A stretch of DNA of 64,000 nt from Candidatus Saccharimonadota bacterium (GTDB lineage: Bacteria > Patescibacteriota > Saccharimonadia > Saccharimonadales > JAXHMH01): the NCBI GenBank assembly GCA_034521515.1, contig JAXHMH010000002.1, positions 88,379 through 152,378 of the forward strand, read 5' to 3'. The notes below the pieces were generated by a model. That model did no database searches, was not told where the DNA came from, and saw only the letters and a program-made list of their open reading frames with translations. Within the stretch, counting starts at the first letter, position 1; each line of letters begins with the position of its first letter. Position numbers and translations under genes: made by a program. Positions 25,862 through 36,407 of this stretch are shown piece by piece.

Positions 25862-28471
25862 CTATTTACGCTTCTTGCTCTTTGTTTTTGCTTTACGCTT
25901 TCGCTCGGCCTTGCGAGCTTTTTTTACCTTATCGCGAGATTGTTTCTTCTGTTTTTCTTCAACGTGTTGTGGCACAAAATCAGTTTCACGGAACTCCTCA
26001 GCTTCAAGTATTTTATCTGCGTTGTTCACCGAGCGTCGTGCCGCCCTGGTTAGTTCAGTTTCCGTAGGCCGGCCAAGCTCTTCTTCTTCGACTGGTCGAG
26101 CATGGAATAACGCTCGAACAATATCGTGTCGCAAGCTATACTGCATCTCTTCAAACAAACGTTGACCTTGACGACGATATTCTACCAACGGATCCTTTTG
26201 CCCGACACTTATCCAAGAAATTCCCTCGCGCAGATGTGCCATATTCTCTAAATGCTGCATCCATAAATTATCCAAAATTTGTAGGTAAATATCTCTCTCA
26301 ATGCGACGTAATACTTCAGGCGTAAAAGCTGCCTCGCGGCCGGCATATAGCTCCATAGCCTCAGCCTTAAGCACTTCACCGAACTTATCGGCAGGACTAT
26401 CGAACAACCGATCGAGTGTCGGATCATCGAACGGAAACACTTCGGTCACAATGGCTTCAAACTGGTCGCTGGTTAGTAGAGGCGACTCAGCCAGTGCCCG
26501 CGACTCTTCTTCAATAAACACCTTTATGCGCTTACTTATATCCTCCTGTTTTAGTACTTCACGCCGCATGGTATAGGTTGCTTTACGGTGACGGTTCATC
26601 ACGTCATCGTATTGAACAACGTTTTTACGCATATCAAAGTTAAAACCTTCTACTTTCTTCTGAGCTCCCTCCAAACTTCTAGAAATAGCACGGTTCTCAA
26701 TTGGAGTCTCGTCGTCTACGCCAAGCCGTTTCATAATGGCACCTATTCGCTCACCACCGAATATTCTCATCAGGTCATCTTCGGTACTGACAAAAAACTG
26801 CGTAAGACCGGAATCGCCCTGACGACCCGACCGTCCACGCAGCTGATTGTCAATTCGGCGGGATTCATGTCTCTCAGAACCAATTACATATAGACCGCCG
26901 ACTTTTTTGACATCTTCATCGAGTACGATGTCGGTGCCACGACCGGCAATATTTGTCGCTAAGGTTACTGCCCTTTTTTGACCGGCTTTCGCAACAATAT
27001 TTGCTTCCCGCTCGTTATTCTTAGCGTTTAGTACCTGATGGGTGATCTTTTCTTTATTAAGAAGTGCGCTTAACCGCTCGTTCTTTTCAATCGATGCCGT
27101 ACCAATAAGTACTGGTTGACCTCGCTGTTGTGCTTCTTTCACCTCTTTGACAACCGCTCGGAATTTACCTGACTCGGTCTTATAGATACGGTCCTGTCTA
27201 TCTTCACGGATCAATTTCTTGTTTGGTGGCACTTCTACGACATCTAGCTTATAGATTTGGTGAAACTCGTCAGCCTCCGTCGCCGCAGTACCTGTCATAC
27301 CAGAAAGCTTTTCATACAATCGGAAGTAGTTCTGAAAACTAATCGTGGCCAAAGTCATAGACTCTTGTTGTATCTCGACCCCTTCTTTGGCTTCGATAGC
27401 TTGGTGTAGCCCTTCGTTATAGCGACGACCTTTCAATAATCGGCCGGTAAATTCGTCTACGATAACAATCTCACCTTCGCTGGTTGCTACATAGTCTTTG
27501 TCACGCTTGAAGATTGCCTGTGCTTTTAACGCTTGTTCGAGGTGATATATAGTCCGGATATTACCCGCAGCGTACAAGTTATCAATACCTAGTATTTTCT
27601 CGACATGCTCGATACCGTCATCTGTCAATATAACCGCACGGCGCTTTTCGTCGACCTCATAATCTTTGTCTCGCTCTAAGTTACGTACAACCTTAGAAAA
27701 CTGCTCATAGGCGCTGCCGCTAGTCATTGATGGTGCAGAAATAATCAGCGGTGTCCGAGCTTCATCGATCAAGATTGAATCAACTTCGTCGACAATCGCA
27801 AAGTGTAAATCGCGCTGGCGAAGCTGGTCGATCTCCCTAACCATATTGTCGCGTAAATAATCAAACCCAAACTCATTGTTTGTGCCATATGTCACGTCAG
27901 CGGCATATGCTTCTTGGCGTGAACATGGCTTGAGATGTTCGAACCGTGGATCCTGATGATCATTATTGGAAAAAGAGGCGTCATAAATATACGAGGCATC
28001 CGCAACAATCACCGCAACAGATAAACCTAAGAAATCGTAAACTTGACCCATCCAACCGGCATCACGTTGAGCCAAATAGTCGTTGACAGTAATAATGTGA
28101 GCACCTTTTCCGGTCAAACCGTTGAGATAAACTGGCAACGTCGCAACCAAGGTTTTACCCTCACCGGTTTTCATTTCTGCGACTTTACCTTCGTGCAGCA
28201 CCATGCCACCAATCAGCTGCACATCAAATGGCCTCATCTCTACCGTCCGGCTGGCAGCTTCGCGTGCAATAGCAAATGCATCAGGAAGAATTTTATCCAG
28301 TGACTCATCTTCAAGACGCTTTTTCAATTTTTCCGTCTGTGCCTTCAGCTCGGCATCGGACATTTTTTTGTACGTTTCAGCCAACGCGTTAATATCTTTA
28401 ACGCGTTTCTGCATGCGTTTGAGCGTTTTTATCTGCGGGTCTCCGAGGACACGCTTAACAATCTTTTTCAA
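25862..28471 (-). CDS. secA: preprotein translocase ATPase SecA
   Basis: MKTGEGKTLVATLP Walker A, DEVDSILIDEARTPLIIS, and a Lys-rich tail without a zinc finger. Confidence 0.97.
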   Translation of the reverse strand: MKKIVKRVLGDPQIKTLKRMQKRVKDINALAETYKKMSDAELKAQTEKLKKRLEDESLDKILPDAFAIAREAASRTVEMRPFDVQLIGGMVLHEGKVAEMKTGEGKTLVATLPVYLNGLTGKGAHIITVNDYLAQRDAGWMGQVYDFLGLSVAVIVADASYIYDASFSNNDHQDPRFEHLKPCSRQEAYAADVTYGTNNEFGFDYLRDNMVREIDQLRQRDLHFAIVDEVDSILIDEARTPLIISAPSMTSGSAYEQFSKVVRNLERDKDYEVDEKRRAVILTDDGIEHVEKILGIDNLYAAGNIRTIYHLEQALKAQAIFKRDKDYVATSEGEIVIVDEFTGRLLKGRRYNEGLHQAIEAKEGVEIQQESMTLATISFQNYFRLYEKLSGMTGTAATEADEFHQIYKLDVVEVPPNKKLIREDRQDRIYKTESGKFRAVVKEVKEAQQRGQPVLIGTASIEKNERLSALLNKEKITHQVLNAKNNEREANIVAKAGQKRAVTLATNIAGRGTDIVLDEDVKKVGGLYVIGSERHESRRIDNQLRGRSGRQGDSGLTQFFVSTEDDLMRIFGGERIGAIMKRLGVDDETPIENRAISRSLEGAQKKVEGFNFDMRKNVVQYDDVMNRHRKATYTMRREVLKQEDISKRIKVFIEEESRALAESPLLTSDQFEAIVTEVFPFDDPTLDRLFDSPADKFGEVLKAEAMELYAGREAAFTPEVLRRIERDIYLQILDNLWMQHLENMAHLREGISWISVGQKDPLVEYRRQGQRLFEEMQYSLRHDIVRALFHARPVEEEELGRPTETELTRAARRSVNNADKILEAEEFRETDFVPQHVEEKQKKQSRDKVKKARKAERKRKAKTKSKKRK

Positions 28472-28565
28472 TGATTCCTCCCTGACTAGACTTCAGAAAA
28501 TGCTGCCAATACAGGTTATTGTACCTTAGTTATGGCACCTTATTCCAGATTATTTTCAGAAATAC

Positions 28566-28940
28566 TTATATTTCTTGACCACCTGTCTGCCGCCTAAGCC
28601 GCGCTAAAACCTTGCGATGCAACTTCTGGCTACCGTGCGTATCTTTATATTTCTTAAGGCGGTTTTTTAGTTTTGCTTCCACGATATCAATCGCTGCAAA
28701 CATATTTACTGTCGATTCTTTGGTAGCGATGCGTTCTTGTGGCAAGTGCATAATAACCTCGCAAGTGCAGGTTTTTTTAGTTTTATTTTTTGACTCTTTC
28801 AAAAACACATCTGCCCTGACACTCTCTCGAGCATGACGCGGCGTAAATCGATCCAGTTTACCAATCTTGTTATCAACGTATTTCTGCAGCTCTGGTGTAA
28901 CCGTAGTGTGAACGCCTCTTATCTCAATATTTTTTATCAT
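28566..28940 (-). CDS. hpf: ribosome hibernation promoting factor (short HPF/RaiA type)
   Basis: MIKNIEIRGVHTTVTPELQKYVDNKIGKLDRF is the family N-terminus. SD AGGAGGG upstream. Confidence 0.85.
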   Translation of the reverse strand: MIKNIEIRGVHTTVTPELQKYVDNKIGKLDRFTPRHARESVRADVFLKESKNKTKKTCTCEVIMHLPQERIATKESTVNMFAAIDIVEAKLKNRLKKYKDTHGSQKLHRKVLARLRRQTGGQEI

Positions 28941-28958
28941 AAACCCTCCTCTTTTAAT

Positions 28959-30203
28959 CTATATTTTGTCTTTGCCGTTCATATACGGTCTCAGGACTTC
29001 AGGGACTGTAATAGTGCCGTCGGCTTGCTGGTAGTGCTCAAGGACAGCAATCAGCGAGCGAGCCAACGATACAGCCGTACCATTCAATGAGTGCAACATC
29101 TCCACGCTGCCATCTTTCCGACGAACTCTAACATTTAAATTACGTGTCTGAAAATCTGTGCAGTTACTACAACTTGTCAGCTCACGATACTCTCCGTCAA
29201 CGCTGGACCAATACTCGATATCGTACTTTTTAGCGGCGGGCGCGCCAAGATCACCAGAAGCAATATTAATGACACGATAAGGAATTCCGATTGCCTGCCA
29301 TAACTCTTCTTCAAATGAGAGTAGTTTTTCGTGCATATTTGCACTATTTTCGGCAGTCGTAAAAGCGTACATTTCTAATTTATTAAACTGATGGACTCGG
29401 AAAAGCCCACGCGTGTGCTTACCATACGTACCTGCTTCTTTTCGGTAACATGGACTTAGTCCAGCATAGAGCAACGGCAGCCTGTCTTCATCTATAATTT
29501 CATCAGCATGATAACCGGTCAATGGCAACTCAGACGTACCTATTAACGTAAGATCTTCGCCATCAATGTGATACTCGTCACTTTGCTCGCTAGTCCTAGG
29601 CTCAAAACCAGTACCCGTTGCGATCCTGCTGTTCACCATGTGCGGAACCAACATATAGGTAAAACCTTTTTGATTAACAAAATCCAGCGCATACTGCGTT
29701 ATGGCATTTTCAAGTAGCGCCAAATCACCTTTTAGAAAATAGAATTTTGTCCCAGCTACTTTAGCGCCACGCTCAAAATCAACCCAGTCGCGCCCTGTAG
29801 CAATATCCAAATGATCACGCGCCCCCGTTTTTTTGTCACCAAATGTCTTTATCTCAGCGCTTTTATCTTCATCGCCCACCGGTACGTCGTCAAGAGACAT
29901 ATTTGGCACTTGTTTGAGTAAGTCTGTAAATTCTTTGTCTATCGATGTCAACTGATGTTCAAGATCAGCTAAGCGTTCCTTGATTTCACGCCCTTTGGCA
30001 ATTTGCTCGTCACTGGGGCGTTGACCCTTCATACTCTCTGAGATTTCGTTGCGTTGGCGGCGCAACTCTTCGACTTGTTGCTGTAGCTCACGTCGCTTTT
30101 CATCAAAGCCTAGTAGCTGCGTTATATCAACGTCGTAGCCTTTTTGTTTGGATTTTTCTGCAACCAGTTTTGGATTATCTCTAATAAATTGAATGTCTAT
30201 CAT
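28959..30203 (-). CDS. serS: serine--tRNA ligase
   Basis: N-terminal coiled-coil arm and class II core (FRVHQFNKLEMY, GTAVSLARS). TATAAT lies 6 nt before the ATG, so it is leaderless. Confidence 0.95.
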   Translation of the reverse strand: MIDIQFIRDNPKLVAEKSKQKGYDVDITQLLGFDEKRRELQQQVEELRRQRNEISESMKGQRPSDEQIAKGREIKERLADLEHQLTSIDKEFTDLLKQVPNMSLDDVPVGDEDKSAEIKTFGDKKTGARDHLDIATGRDWVDFERGAKVAGTKFYFLKGDLALLENAITQYALDFVNQKGFTYMLVPHMVNSRIATGTGFEPRTSEQSDEYHIDGEDLTLIGTSELPLTGYHADEIIDEDRLPLLYAGLSPCYRKEAGTYGKHTRGLFRVHQFNKLEMYAFTTAENSANMHEKLLSFEEELWQAIGIPYRVINIASGDLGAPAAKKYDIEYWSSVDGEYRELTSCSNCTDFQTRNLNVRVRRKDGSVEMLHSLNGTAVSLARSLIAVLEHYQQADGTITVPEVLRPYMNGKDKI

Positions 30204-30247
30204 AATTCTATTATAGCGGACGCTGGTTCTTTTTCCTTAAGAATGAT

Positions 30248-30808
30248 CTAAGAATCTAGTTGGTGTTTTAATAATAAAGCAGCAAGCTCAATCTGCACAC
30301 GTTCATCACTGAACGGATAACATAACTTATCGCTATCAGCCGTAATCGGGTATATCTTCTCCCCGCCGTATTCAGTATAGATACTATCGTTTAACATCCC
30401 CTTACAGTTCACATCGGTTAGTTTACCACCAGGCTCCAAGACAATCCTGTCATGCCGAACATCTCCACCTTCGTCATATGTTTCTTGGTTCATGGTCACA
30501 AGCCATCCATCTACCAGTAAGCTTCGGATTTCCCGACGCTTAGAAAAAAGCGTTGCTTCGCGGTACCTAAACTGGTAATACGTAGCATCGTGTGGCACTG
30601 CGTGCGCAACAAGTAACCTGCTCGCGTGCACTGCTAGTTTAAGTGTTTTTGATCTTTCTTGTTGCTTCTTTTCAACCTCTAACCTAGCTCGTTCCTCAGC
30701 ATCTTTCTGTGCTCTTTTTTGAACAACTTCTCGCTCTTTCGCTCTTCTGAAAACATCATCAAATTCACTGGCCATAGTACGTACTCCCGCTGAATAACAG
30801 TTTGACAC
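30248..30808 (-). CDS. hypothetical protein
   Basis: ORF only. The likely start is MASEFDD at 30775. Charged helical N-terminus. Confidence 0.5.
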   Translation of the reverse strand: MSNCYSAGVRTMASEFDDVFRRAKEREVVQKRAQKDAEERARLEVEKKQQERSKTLKLAVHASRLLVAHAVPHDATYYQFRYREATLFSKRREIRSLLVDGWLVTMNQETYDEGGDVRHDRIVLEPGGKLTDVNCKGMLNDSIYTEYGGEKIYPITADSDKLCYPFSDERVQIELAALLLKHQLDS

Positions 30809-30824
30809 TCTTTATATATAATTG

Positions 30825-31619
30825 TCAACGAGTATTTTTGGCTGATTTTTTCTGTAATGCTTTCACGGTGAGCTCGGTACGCTGACGAGCGTAAGTACAA
30901 TAGTCACAATCGCCACCCATAGCCGCTTTACCGACTGCTGGCATGTCACCCTCTAGGCAATTTTTTATATCCGATAAGGTTGACTCTACCCAGCCGTCGC
31001 TCCCGGTATACGGGATTATTTTGGTCTTAAACTCAACCCGGTTATCAAATTCGTCCATATCAAGCCGACCATTGCAGTACACAAAGTAACCGGTGTCACT
31101 GACCTTAAAGCCGTTTTGCCTCAGCAGCCACTGGTAAACCTCCATCTGCCGCTTATAACTCATCTGCCAATCGGCATCAATCGTCACGTCGCTTTGTTTG
31201 GCGGTGGCCTTATAATCAACGACCATCAGCTCACCTGCCTCGTTTACCCAGATATCATCCACTGCTCCAAATACATGAAAATTAGTCGGCTCATGAACCG
31301 CAGCAACACCAGTAAAATTAGCCCGCCAAGTATCAAGCTCGTCGTGCTCGTACGGTACAGCTGCTACCCCAAAATCTTCCATCATGGGGTGAGGCTTTCC
31401 CTGCTTGCGATATACATCGAACTCTTTTTTGAGCAGTTCATCAACTGCAGAGTTGATTCTAAATGGTGGGCTACTCGGTCGCCTAACCTTAAGCCTAGCA
31501 TCAAGCCAAAAACAGCGCGGACATTGCACGAACAACTCTATCTTACTTCGGCTCACCTTAAATACTTGCGTTTGCCCTGGTTTATAGGGAGACGTACGTT
31601 GTCTTGAGTAATATGCCAT
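30825..31619 (-). CDS. PD-(D/E)XK nuclease family protein with four-Cys (Cas4/AddB-like Fe-S) arrangement
   Basis: CPRC near the N-terminus and CDYC near the C-terminus. Catalytic-type motif GAVDDIW...LMVVDYKA. Confidence 0.7.
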   Translation of the reverse strand: MAYYSRQRTSPYKPGQTQVFKVSRSKIELFVQCPRCFWLDARLKVRRPSSPPFRINSAVDELLKKEFDVYRKQGKPHPMMEDFGVAAVPYEHDELDTWRANFTGVAAVHEPTNFHVFGAVDDIWVNEAGELMVVDYKATAKQSDVTIDADWQMSYKRQMEVYQWLLRQNGFKVSDTGYFVYCNGRLDMDEFDNRVEFKTKIIPYTGSDGWVESTLSDIKNCLEGDMPAVGKAAMGGDCDYCTYARQRTELTVKALQKKSAKNTR

Positions 31620-31651
31620 TAGGTCTCCATTCTACACGAGCAGCCGGCCAA

Positions 31652-32899
31652 TTACTTGTCGGATTTTTGTAAAATTACCAATGATTCTATATGCGGGGTA
31701 CGTGGGAAAAAATTATAACCAACTACACTCTTTACCTGATAAGCCGGTAATAGCTTAGCAATATCACGTGCTTGAGTGGCAGGGTTACAGCTTAAATAAA
31801 CCACCGTTGGCGGGAGAACATCAATTACTCTATCAACCACTTTGTCATGCAACCCCGCTCTTGGTGGATCAAAAATAACCGATGTATATTCAGTGATATA
31901 GTCCAAAGCCTGTTCAGTGCTGGCCTGCACCACTTTACTGGACTGCCCGGCATTGTGCTTTGCCATCTTAACGTTGTGTTCATCCAGTTCAACAATCGTA
32001 TCAGCACCCACGCTTACACCAATTGTACCCACCCCGCCATACATATCGACAATCTGCTTGTGGCCATTTACTGCTTGTTTTATGTGCATGAGAGCTTGCT
32101 CGAATAGCGGCACATTTACCTGAAAAAACGAGTTTACATCGTATAGGAAATCATGGCCGGCAATATTATCGGTTAGTCTAATATCATCGTACACGTATAG
32201 CTTTTTGGTAATAATGCTTGCTGGGCTCTTGGGGTTAGAATAATATACCGCCACACCTTTACAAACTTCAGCCAATTCTTTAATTTCTGGGAAATCTTGG
32301 TCTTTTACAAAAATGGCGGCAACTGTTTCTTGACGTTGATTAGCGCGAACTACCACCGTTTTAAGTTGGCTACCGCGCACGCCTGCTGTGTTTAAAATTG
32401 CACAAATTCTGTTGGCAGTTTGGTCAACTTCGGGTCGCGCAATACTACTGCCTTCAACGATGCGTTTGCCATGTGTGCCCCTATGAAATAACGCTAAATG
32501 CAAACCATTCTCGTCCGCCCAAAAGCTGTACTCCATTTTATTTCGGTAATAAAGATAATCGTCAGGACTAACGAAATCAGCCTCCGGTGTGACTACGCCT
32601 TCACGGTTCAACGTTTCTTCAAGGATATTTTGTTTGTAAGTATTTTCAGCTGCATAAGACAGTGTCTGCCACGGGCTGGTACTCAAAAACGCTTCATCTA
32701 CCGGTTTTATTCGCTCGCTTGATGGCTTAATAATATCTTCAGCTACTGCTTCAACATAATCACGACGTTTTTTAGTGACCCGAACTACCAAACGTTCGCC
32801 AGGGTAAGCGTTCCAAACAAATACTTTTCGCCCGTCGGCCAGAGATCCCATGCCTTGACCACCATGAACTAGTTTTTCAATGACAATTTCTTCTTGCAT
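31652..32899 (-). CDS. TRAM-domain RNA (uracil-5-)-methyltransferase, RlmD/TrmA family
   Basis: N-terminal TRAM-like OB fold, then DMYGGVGTIG and IFDPPRAGL motifs. Confidence 0.8.
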   Translation of the reverse strand: MQEEIVIEKLVHGGQGMGSLADGRKVFVWNAYPGERLVVRVTKKRRDYVEAVAEDIIKPSSERIKPVDEAFLSTSPWQTLSYAAENTYKQNILEETLNREGVVTPEADFVSPDDYLYYRNKMEYSFWADENGLHLALFHRGTHGKRIVEGSSIARPEVDQTANRICAILNTAGVRGSQLKTVVVRANQRQETVAAIFVKDQDFPEIKELAEVCKGVAVYYSNPKSPASIITKKLYVYDDIRLTDNIAGHDFLYDVNSFFQVNVPLFEQALMHIKQAVNGHKQIVDMYGGVGTIGVSVGADTIVELDEHNVKMAKHNAGQSSKVVQASTEQALDYITEYTSVIFDPPRAGLHDKVVDRVIDVLPPTVVYLSCNPATQARDIAKLLPAYQVKSVVGYNFFPRTPHIESLVILQKSDK

Positions 32900-32904
32900 G
32901 CGGT

Positions 32905-33741
32905 CTAGTTAGTAAAGCCGGCAATCAAAACCGCAACGCTAACGAACTGCAATCCATACGCAATCAAAATATAATTGCGCTCAACTACTGCATAGTCTTT
33001 CCAGGCACTACGGCGGCGGTTACTCAGCCACAAGTTCGCAAACAGCAGTACCAATCCGATTAACACAATACCCTGCACTGCATACACATGCCCCGCTAAA
33101 CTCTCAAATCCATAAAGCGTTGTTGCAAGCGTAGTGAATAATATCAAAAGCCACGGCAAAAACACCGCAAGAACCGACAATATATAGGCTGAAGGTACAA
33201 ACTTGCGAGCCTTTTCGTTTTGACGTTCGCTTAGCCACGCCAAACCGAAGCCAATCACCACAATACCAGAGATAAGCTTAAGGACAGCCACATCCGAAAT
33301 ACCGCTCAACATAGCGACAACGCTTGTCAGTAACCCCATAGTGACCGCCAAGTAAACCCAACGCCAAACATACACACGTTTAGTCATGGCCTTTTCGTAG
33401 CTGCTTCGCCATCTTGTCAAAAGTAACAGCGAATAAACCGCACTAACACCTAGCAACACGGCAAGTAACACGCGCAAATCTATGTCCATCAAGATGCGCT
33501 CAGCGCTTACGAGCGAGGCATCCTGTGAGTCAGCCAGTGGATTAGTTGTTAGGTAGCGTACCGTCCATGAGAAGTAAGTTGCTGCCATAAACGCCCACGT
33601 TACGACTATTGCAAGAATGCTGCCAATTAATGTTAGCCTATACAAGGTTCTCAATAATGTAACTGGCTGCTTGGTGCGCTTTGTAGAGGTTGGTTTCTTT
33701 GCCGTCTTTGTCTTTGCCTTAGTTGTTGTCTTCTTTGCCAT
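32905..33741 (-). CDS. polytopic membrane protein with Lys/Thr-rich N-terminus
   Basis: MAKKTTTKAKTKTAKK start preferred over the track start at 33849, which would overlap the upstream gene. About 7 TM helices. Confidence 0.55.
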   Translation of the reverse strand: MAKKTTTKAKTKTAKKPTSTKRTKQPVTLLRTLYRLTLIGSILAIVVTWAFMAATYFSWTVRYLTTNPLADSQDASLVSAERILMDIDLRVLLAVLLGVSAVYSLLLLTRWRSSYEKAMTKRVYVWRWVYLAVTMGLLTSVVAMLSGISDVAVLKLISGIVVIGFGLAWLSERQNEKARKFVPSAYILSVLAVFLPWLLILFTTLATTLYGFESLAGHVYAVQGIVLIGLVLLFANLWLSNRRRSAWKDYAVVERNYILIAYGLQFVSVAVLIAGFTN

Positions 33742-33778
33742 AATAAAGAGTGTACCATTTTCGTGATATTGTGAACAC

Positions 33779-34180
33779 CTAGCTGCCCCAAGAGTGTTCT
33801 TCAAGATGAGCCTGAAAGTACCCCAGTACCATTTGGGAAAAATCATCATCTAGACTCAGCTTCTTGGCCTTTTCACGCCAAAATCGCAGTACCATCTCAC
33901 CCCCGTCGGACAAATCTACCACACGAAATCTAGCACTGAGCACGTTTGTATCATATTCTCTTCTGCGAGTAAGCGAGCAGATCGCTTCTAGTGCCACGCT
34001 TTCATCGGTCAATTCGGCGTTAAATTTACGGTACTCGCGGCCGCCTTGTATATACGAGTAACCTTTCTCTGCTAACCTCTCGGCCAAAGCAAATCCCACC
34101 CGTGCTTCCTTTTGAATCTCGTCGACACTACCTGACGGCACTGCATCCAAAGCGAGCCGTTCGAGTTCACCCAAAACCAT
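33779..34180 (-). CDS. hypothetical protein (133 aa)
   Basis: ORF tightly packed after the LysRS gene. No family recognised. Confidence 0.5.
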   Translation of the reverse strand: MVLGELERLALDAVPSGSVDEIQKEARVGFALAERLAEKGYSYIQGGREYRKFNAELTDESVALEAICSLTRRREYDTNVLSARFRVVDLSDGGEMVLRFWREKAKKLSLDDDFSQMVLGYFQAHLEEHSWGS

Positions 34181-34183
34181 GGC

Positions 34184-35716
34184 TTATTCTTCCAGTCGCA
34201 GCCGTGCAATCAACCACTCGCGCGGTAATATGCTTAAAAACCAGCCGGCTCGCGGGCCGGACGATTTATTAATCAGCGCACGGTACAAGGTTGCAAACAG
34301 TTCTTTAGGCGGCACGTCAGTGTACTCCTTAAACTCATAAATAGCCTTATGGAACCATTCACCGTCAGCATCACCAGGGGCAGCCGATATCTTATCAGCA
34401 AGCTGATTCATAAAATCGCGCTGCTTAGGGCTGAACGCCTGCTCGTCAACTGTTTCGGCAAGCGAAAACTTAACTTCTTCCGGCGCCCACGTTGCCAGCC
34501 ATTTGTCGATAAACTTAAGTTCGGCAATAATCGTGTCACGTTGCTGTTGAACGTGCGCTTTATGCTCGGTTCGAGCAATCACGTCCAAGGTCTTTTCTGC
34601 ATCACCAAGCGATGCCTGATAGCTTGCCACTAAGTGCGAAAACGGCACACTACTAACCGTAATCTGCTCAATGCCTTCGGTGCACAGACCAACTAACTGC
34701 TCTTCGCCTTCATCTTTATTTGGCTTGGCAAGCAACTGTGCAAACTCGTCAATCAGGCGCACCACACCCCCTTGCGGATCGAAAAACAACGCTCTCGACG
34801 GTGCCATGCGCAATATAAAGTAACGTGAAACTTCCGGTGGCAGTACTTCGACCACCTCGCTCATTAAAATACCATTACCACTGCTGGCACTCATCTTCTT
34901 GGTATCTCCAGCGCGATTAACAAAGTCATAAGGGATCGGATACGGTGCCGGAGCTTGAAACACCCGATCCATCAATGCTCGACCGGTATCATAGCTACCA
35001 CCCTTACTTCCATGATCGCGCCCGAACGGCTCCACCTGCACACCGAGTAACCACCAGCGCGCCGGCCAATCTACTCGCCAATCCAGTTTTACCTCGCCGC
35101 TCTGGTAGCTTGTCGCTTGTTCATTACCATCCTTATCCAAATATCGGATAATTTTTTTATCAACATCAATGCCGACAAAAGGTCGTTTCTTCAAGTAGCC
35201 GCCTTCATTTACCTGTATAGGCGACCATTGCTGGTCGAGCGTACGCCCCGAGACGTCTTCTAGCACTCGCCTTGTCTCATCAATCGATTCCAGCACCCGC
35301 TCAATCGCCGGTACAAAAAAGCCAGCACGATATTTTTCGTGCGCACGCAACATATCAAACTCAATACCGAGCCGCGCTACACTGTCGAGAAAGCTTTGCA
35401 ATGCAAAATCTGCATATGATCGCTGCGAACCATCGGGTGCTGGCAAGTCACATAATGGCATGCCTAGATATCGCTCGTACTCTGCCGGAACCGATGACGG
35501 AACTTTTCGGAAACCGTCTAAATCATCGACAAAGTGTACGTGTCGCACGCGACGCCCCCGTTTGCGCAGCTCGCGCAACAGCGCATCACACGTAATAATT
35601 TCACGTAAATACCCCATATGGTACGAGCCGGATGGCGCAATACCGCTTTCGATTAACAACTCACCTTCCGGGTGCGCTTGCGTCAGTTCGTCGGCAATTT
35701 TATTCAACCACTGCAT
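34184..35716 (-). CDS. lysK: class I lysine--tRNA ligase
   Basis: Class I signatures: PSGSYHMGYLRE (HIGH-type) and KMSASSGNG (KMSKS-type). Class I LysRS is the minority form in bacteria. Confidence 0.9.
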   Translation of the reverse strand: MQWLNKIADELTQAHPEGELLIESGIAPSGSYHMGYLREIITCDALLRELRKRGRRVRHVHFVDDLDGFRKVPSSVPAEYERYLGMPLCDLPAPDGSQRSYADFALQSFLDSVARLGIEFDMLRAHEKYRAGFFVPAIERVLESIDETRRVLEDVSGRTLDQQWSPIQVNEGGYLKKRPFVGIDVDKKIIRYLDKDGNEQATSYQSGEVKLDWRVDWPARWWLLGVQVEPFGRDHGSKGGSYDTGRALMDRVFQAPAPYPIPYDFVNRAGDTKKMSASSGNGILMSEVVEVLPPEVSRYFILRMAPSRALFFDPQGGVVRLIDEFAQLLAKPNKDEGEEQLVGLCTEGIEQITVSSVPFSHLVASYQASLGDAEKTLDVIARTEHKAHVQQQRDTIIAELKFIDKWLATWAPEEVKFSLAETVDEQAFSPKQRDFMNQLADKISAAPGDADGEWFHKAIYEFKEYTDVPPKELFATLYRALINKSSGPRAGWFLSILPREWLIARLRLEE

Positions 35717-35793
35717 ATACGTGAGTTTTTATCCTTTCCTTCTCATTAACAGTTAGTATACCTCAGATAGATATGAGTCGAAACTGGTAGTAA

Positions 35794-36090
35794 TTATTGC
35801 ACGTCTGAATCTAGTATTTGGTCGCTACGTGCGATAGCTAGACCGCGAATAATCATATCTCCTTCCTTTATACAATACGGCACAATTCTCTCGTTGCCCT
35901 CTTGCAACCGTCGGTTCATTTCAAGCCAAATGCTGTGGACACCCTGTTCTAACAGGCGCTCGGGGTTACCACAAAACACTAAAAACGGTTCGGGTTCATC
36001 TACAGGTACTTCGCGCAACTCATCTGAACCAATGCTGTTACTGGCATCAATCGCCTCTGCTACTTGTGCTCTAAATTCACTAAACTCCAT
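35794..36090 (-). CDS. hypothetical protein (98 aa)
   Basis: SD AAGGAG precedes ATG 36090 (MEFSEF). The track extension to 36150 translates a terminator hairpin. Confidence 0.5.
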   Translation of the reverse strand: MEFSEFRAQVAEAIDASNSIGSDELREVPVDEPEPFLVFCGNPERLLEQGVHSIWLEMNRRLQEGNERIVPYCIKEGDMIIRGLAIARSDQILDSDVQ

Positions 36091-36111
36091 ACTTTTCTCC
36101 TTACTTAACAT

Positions 36112-36163
36112 TAAAAACTCCCCGCCGTGAGTACTTCTGGTCGTATGCACCGGCGGGGAGTTT
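36112..36163 (-). terminator. intrinsic terminator or attenuator hairpin immediately upstream of the 36090 start
   Basis: 36118-36127 CTCCCCGCCG pairs with 36151-36160 CGGCGGGGAG (10 bp plus AAA/TTT extension). It is followed on the minus strand by TTTTT, then AAGGAG and the ATG. Confidence 0.6.
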
Positions 36164-36407
36164 AAGTTATAAAAGAAGAATACGCCTTGGTGCTACGACC
36201 AAAGCTTGGACTTGTTTACAGGCGATAAAATTCTATAAAAACTCATGGCCACTATTTTTCCATACATTAGCACTCTTAGCAAATAGCGATAAAAGTCAAG
36301 ATATCTTAAAAACCACAAAAAACTTTACTTAACTAAATTTACTATTTTTTAAAACATATGTTCCATTTTGTTTGAGCTTTTTCTACCCTAGTTTTTCGGA
36401 TTAGAAA

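Noticed and set aside
36193-36246. 17-codon minus-strand sORF (MSFYRILSPVNKSKLWS) as a leader peptide for the 36112-36163 attenuator
   Set aside because: There is no SD or convincing -10 box at leaderless distance, and no run of regulatory codons. It is kept only as a remote possibility under the attenuator finding.
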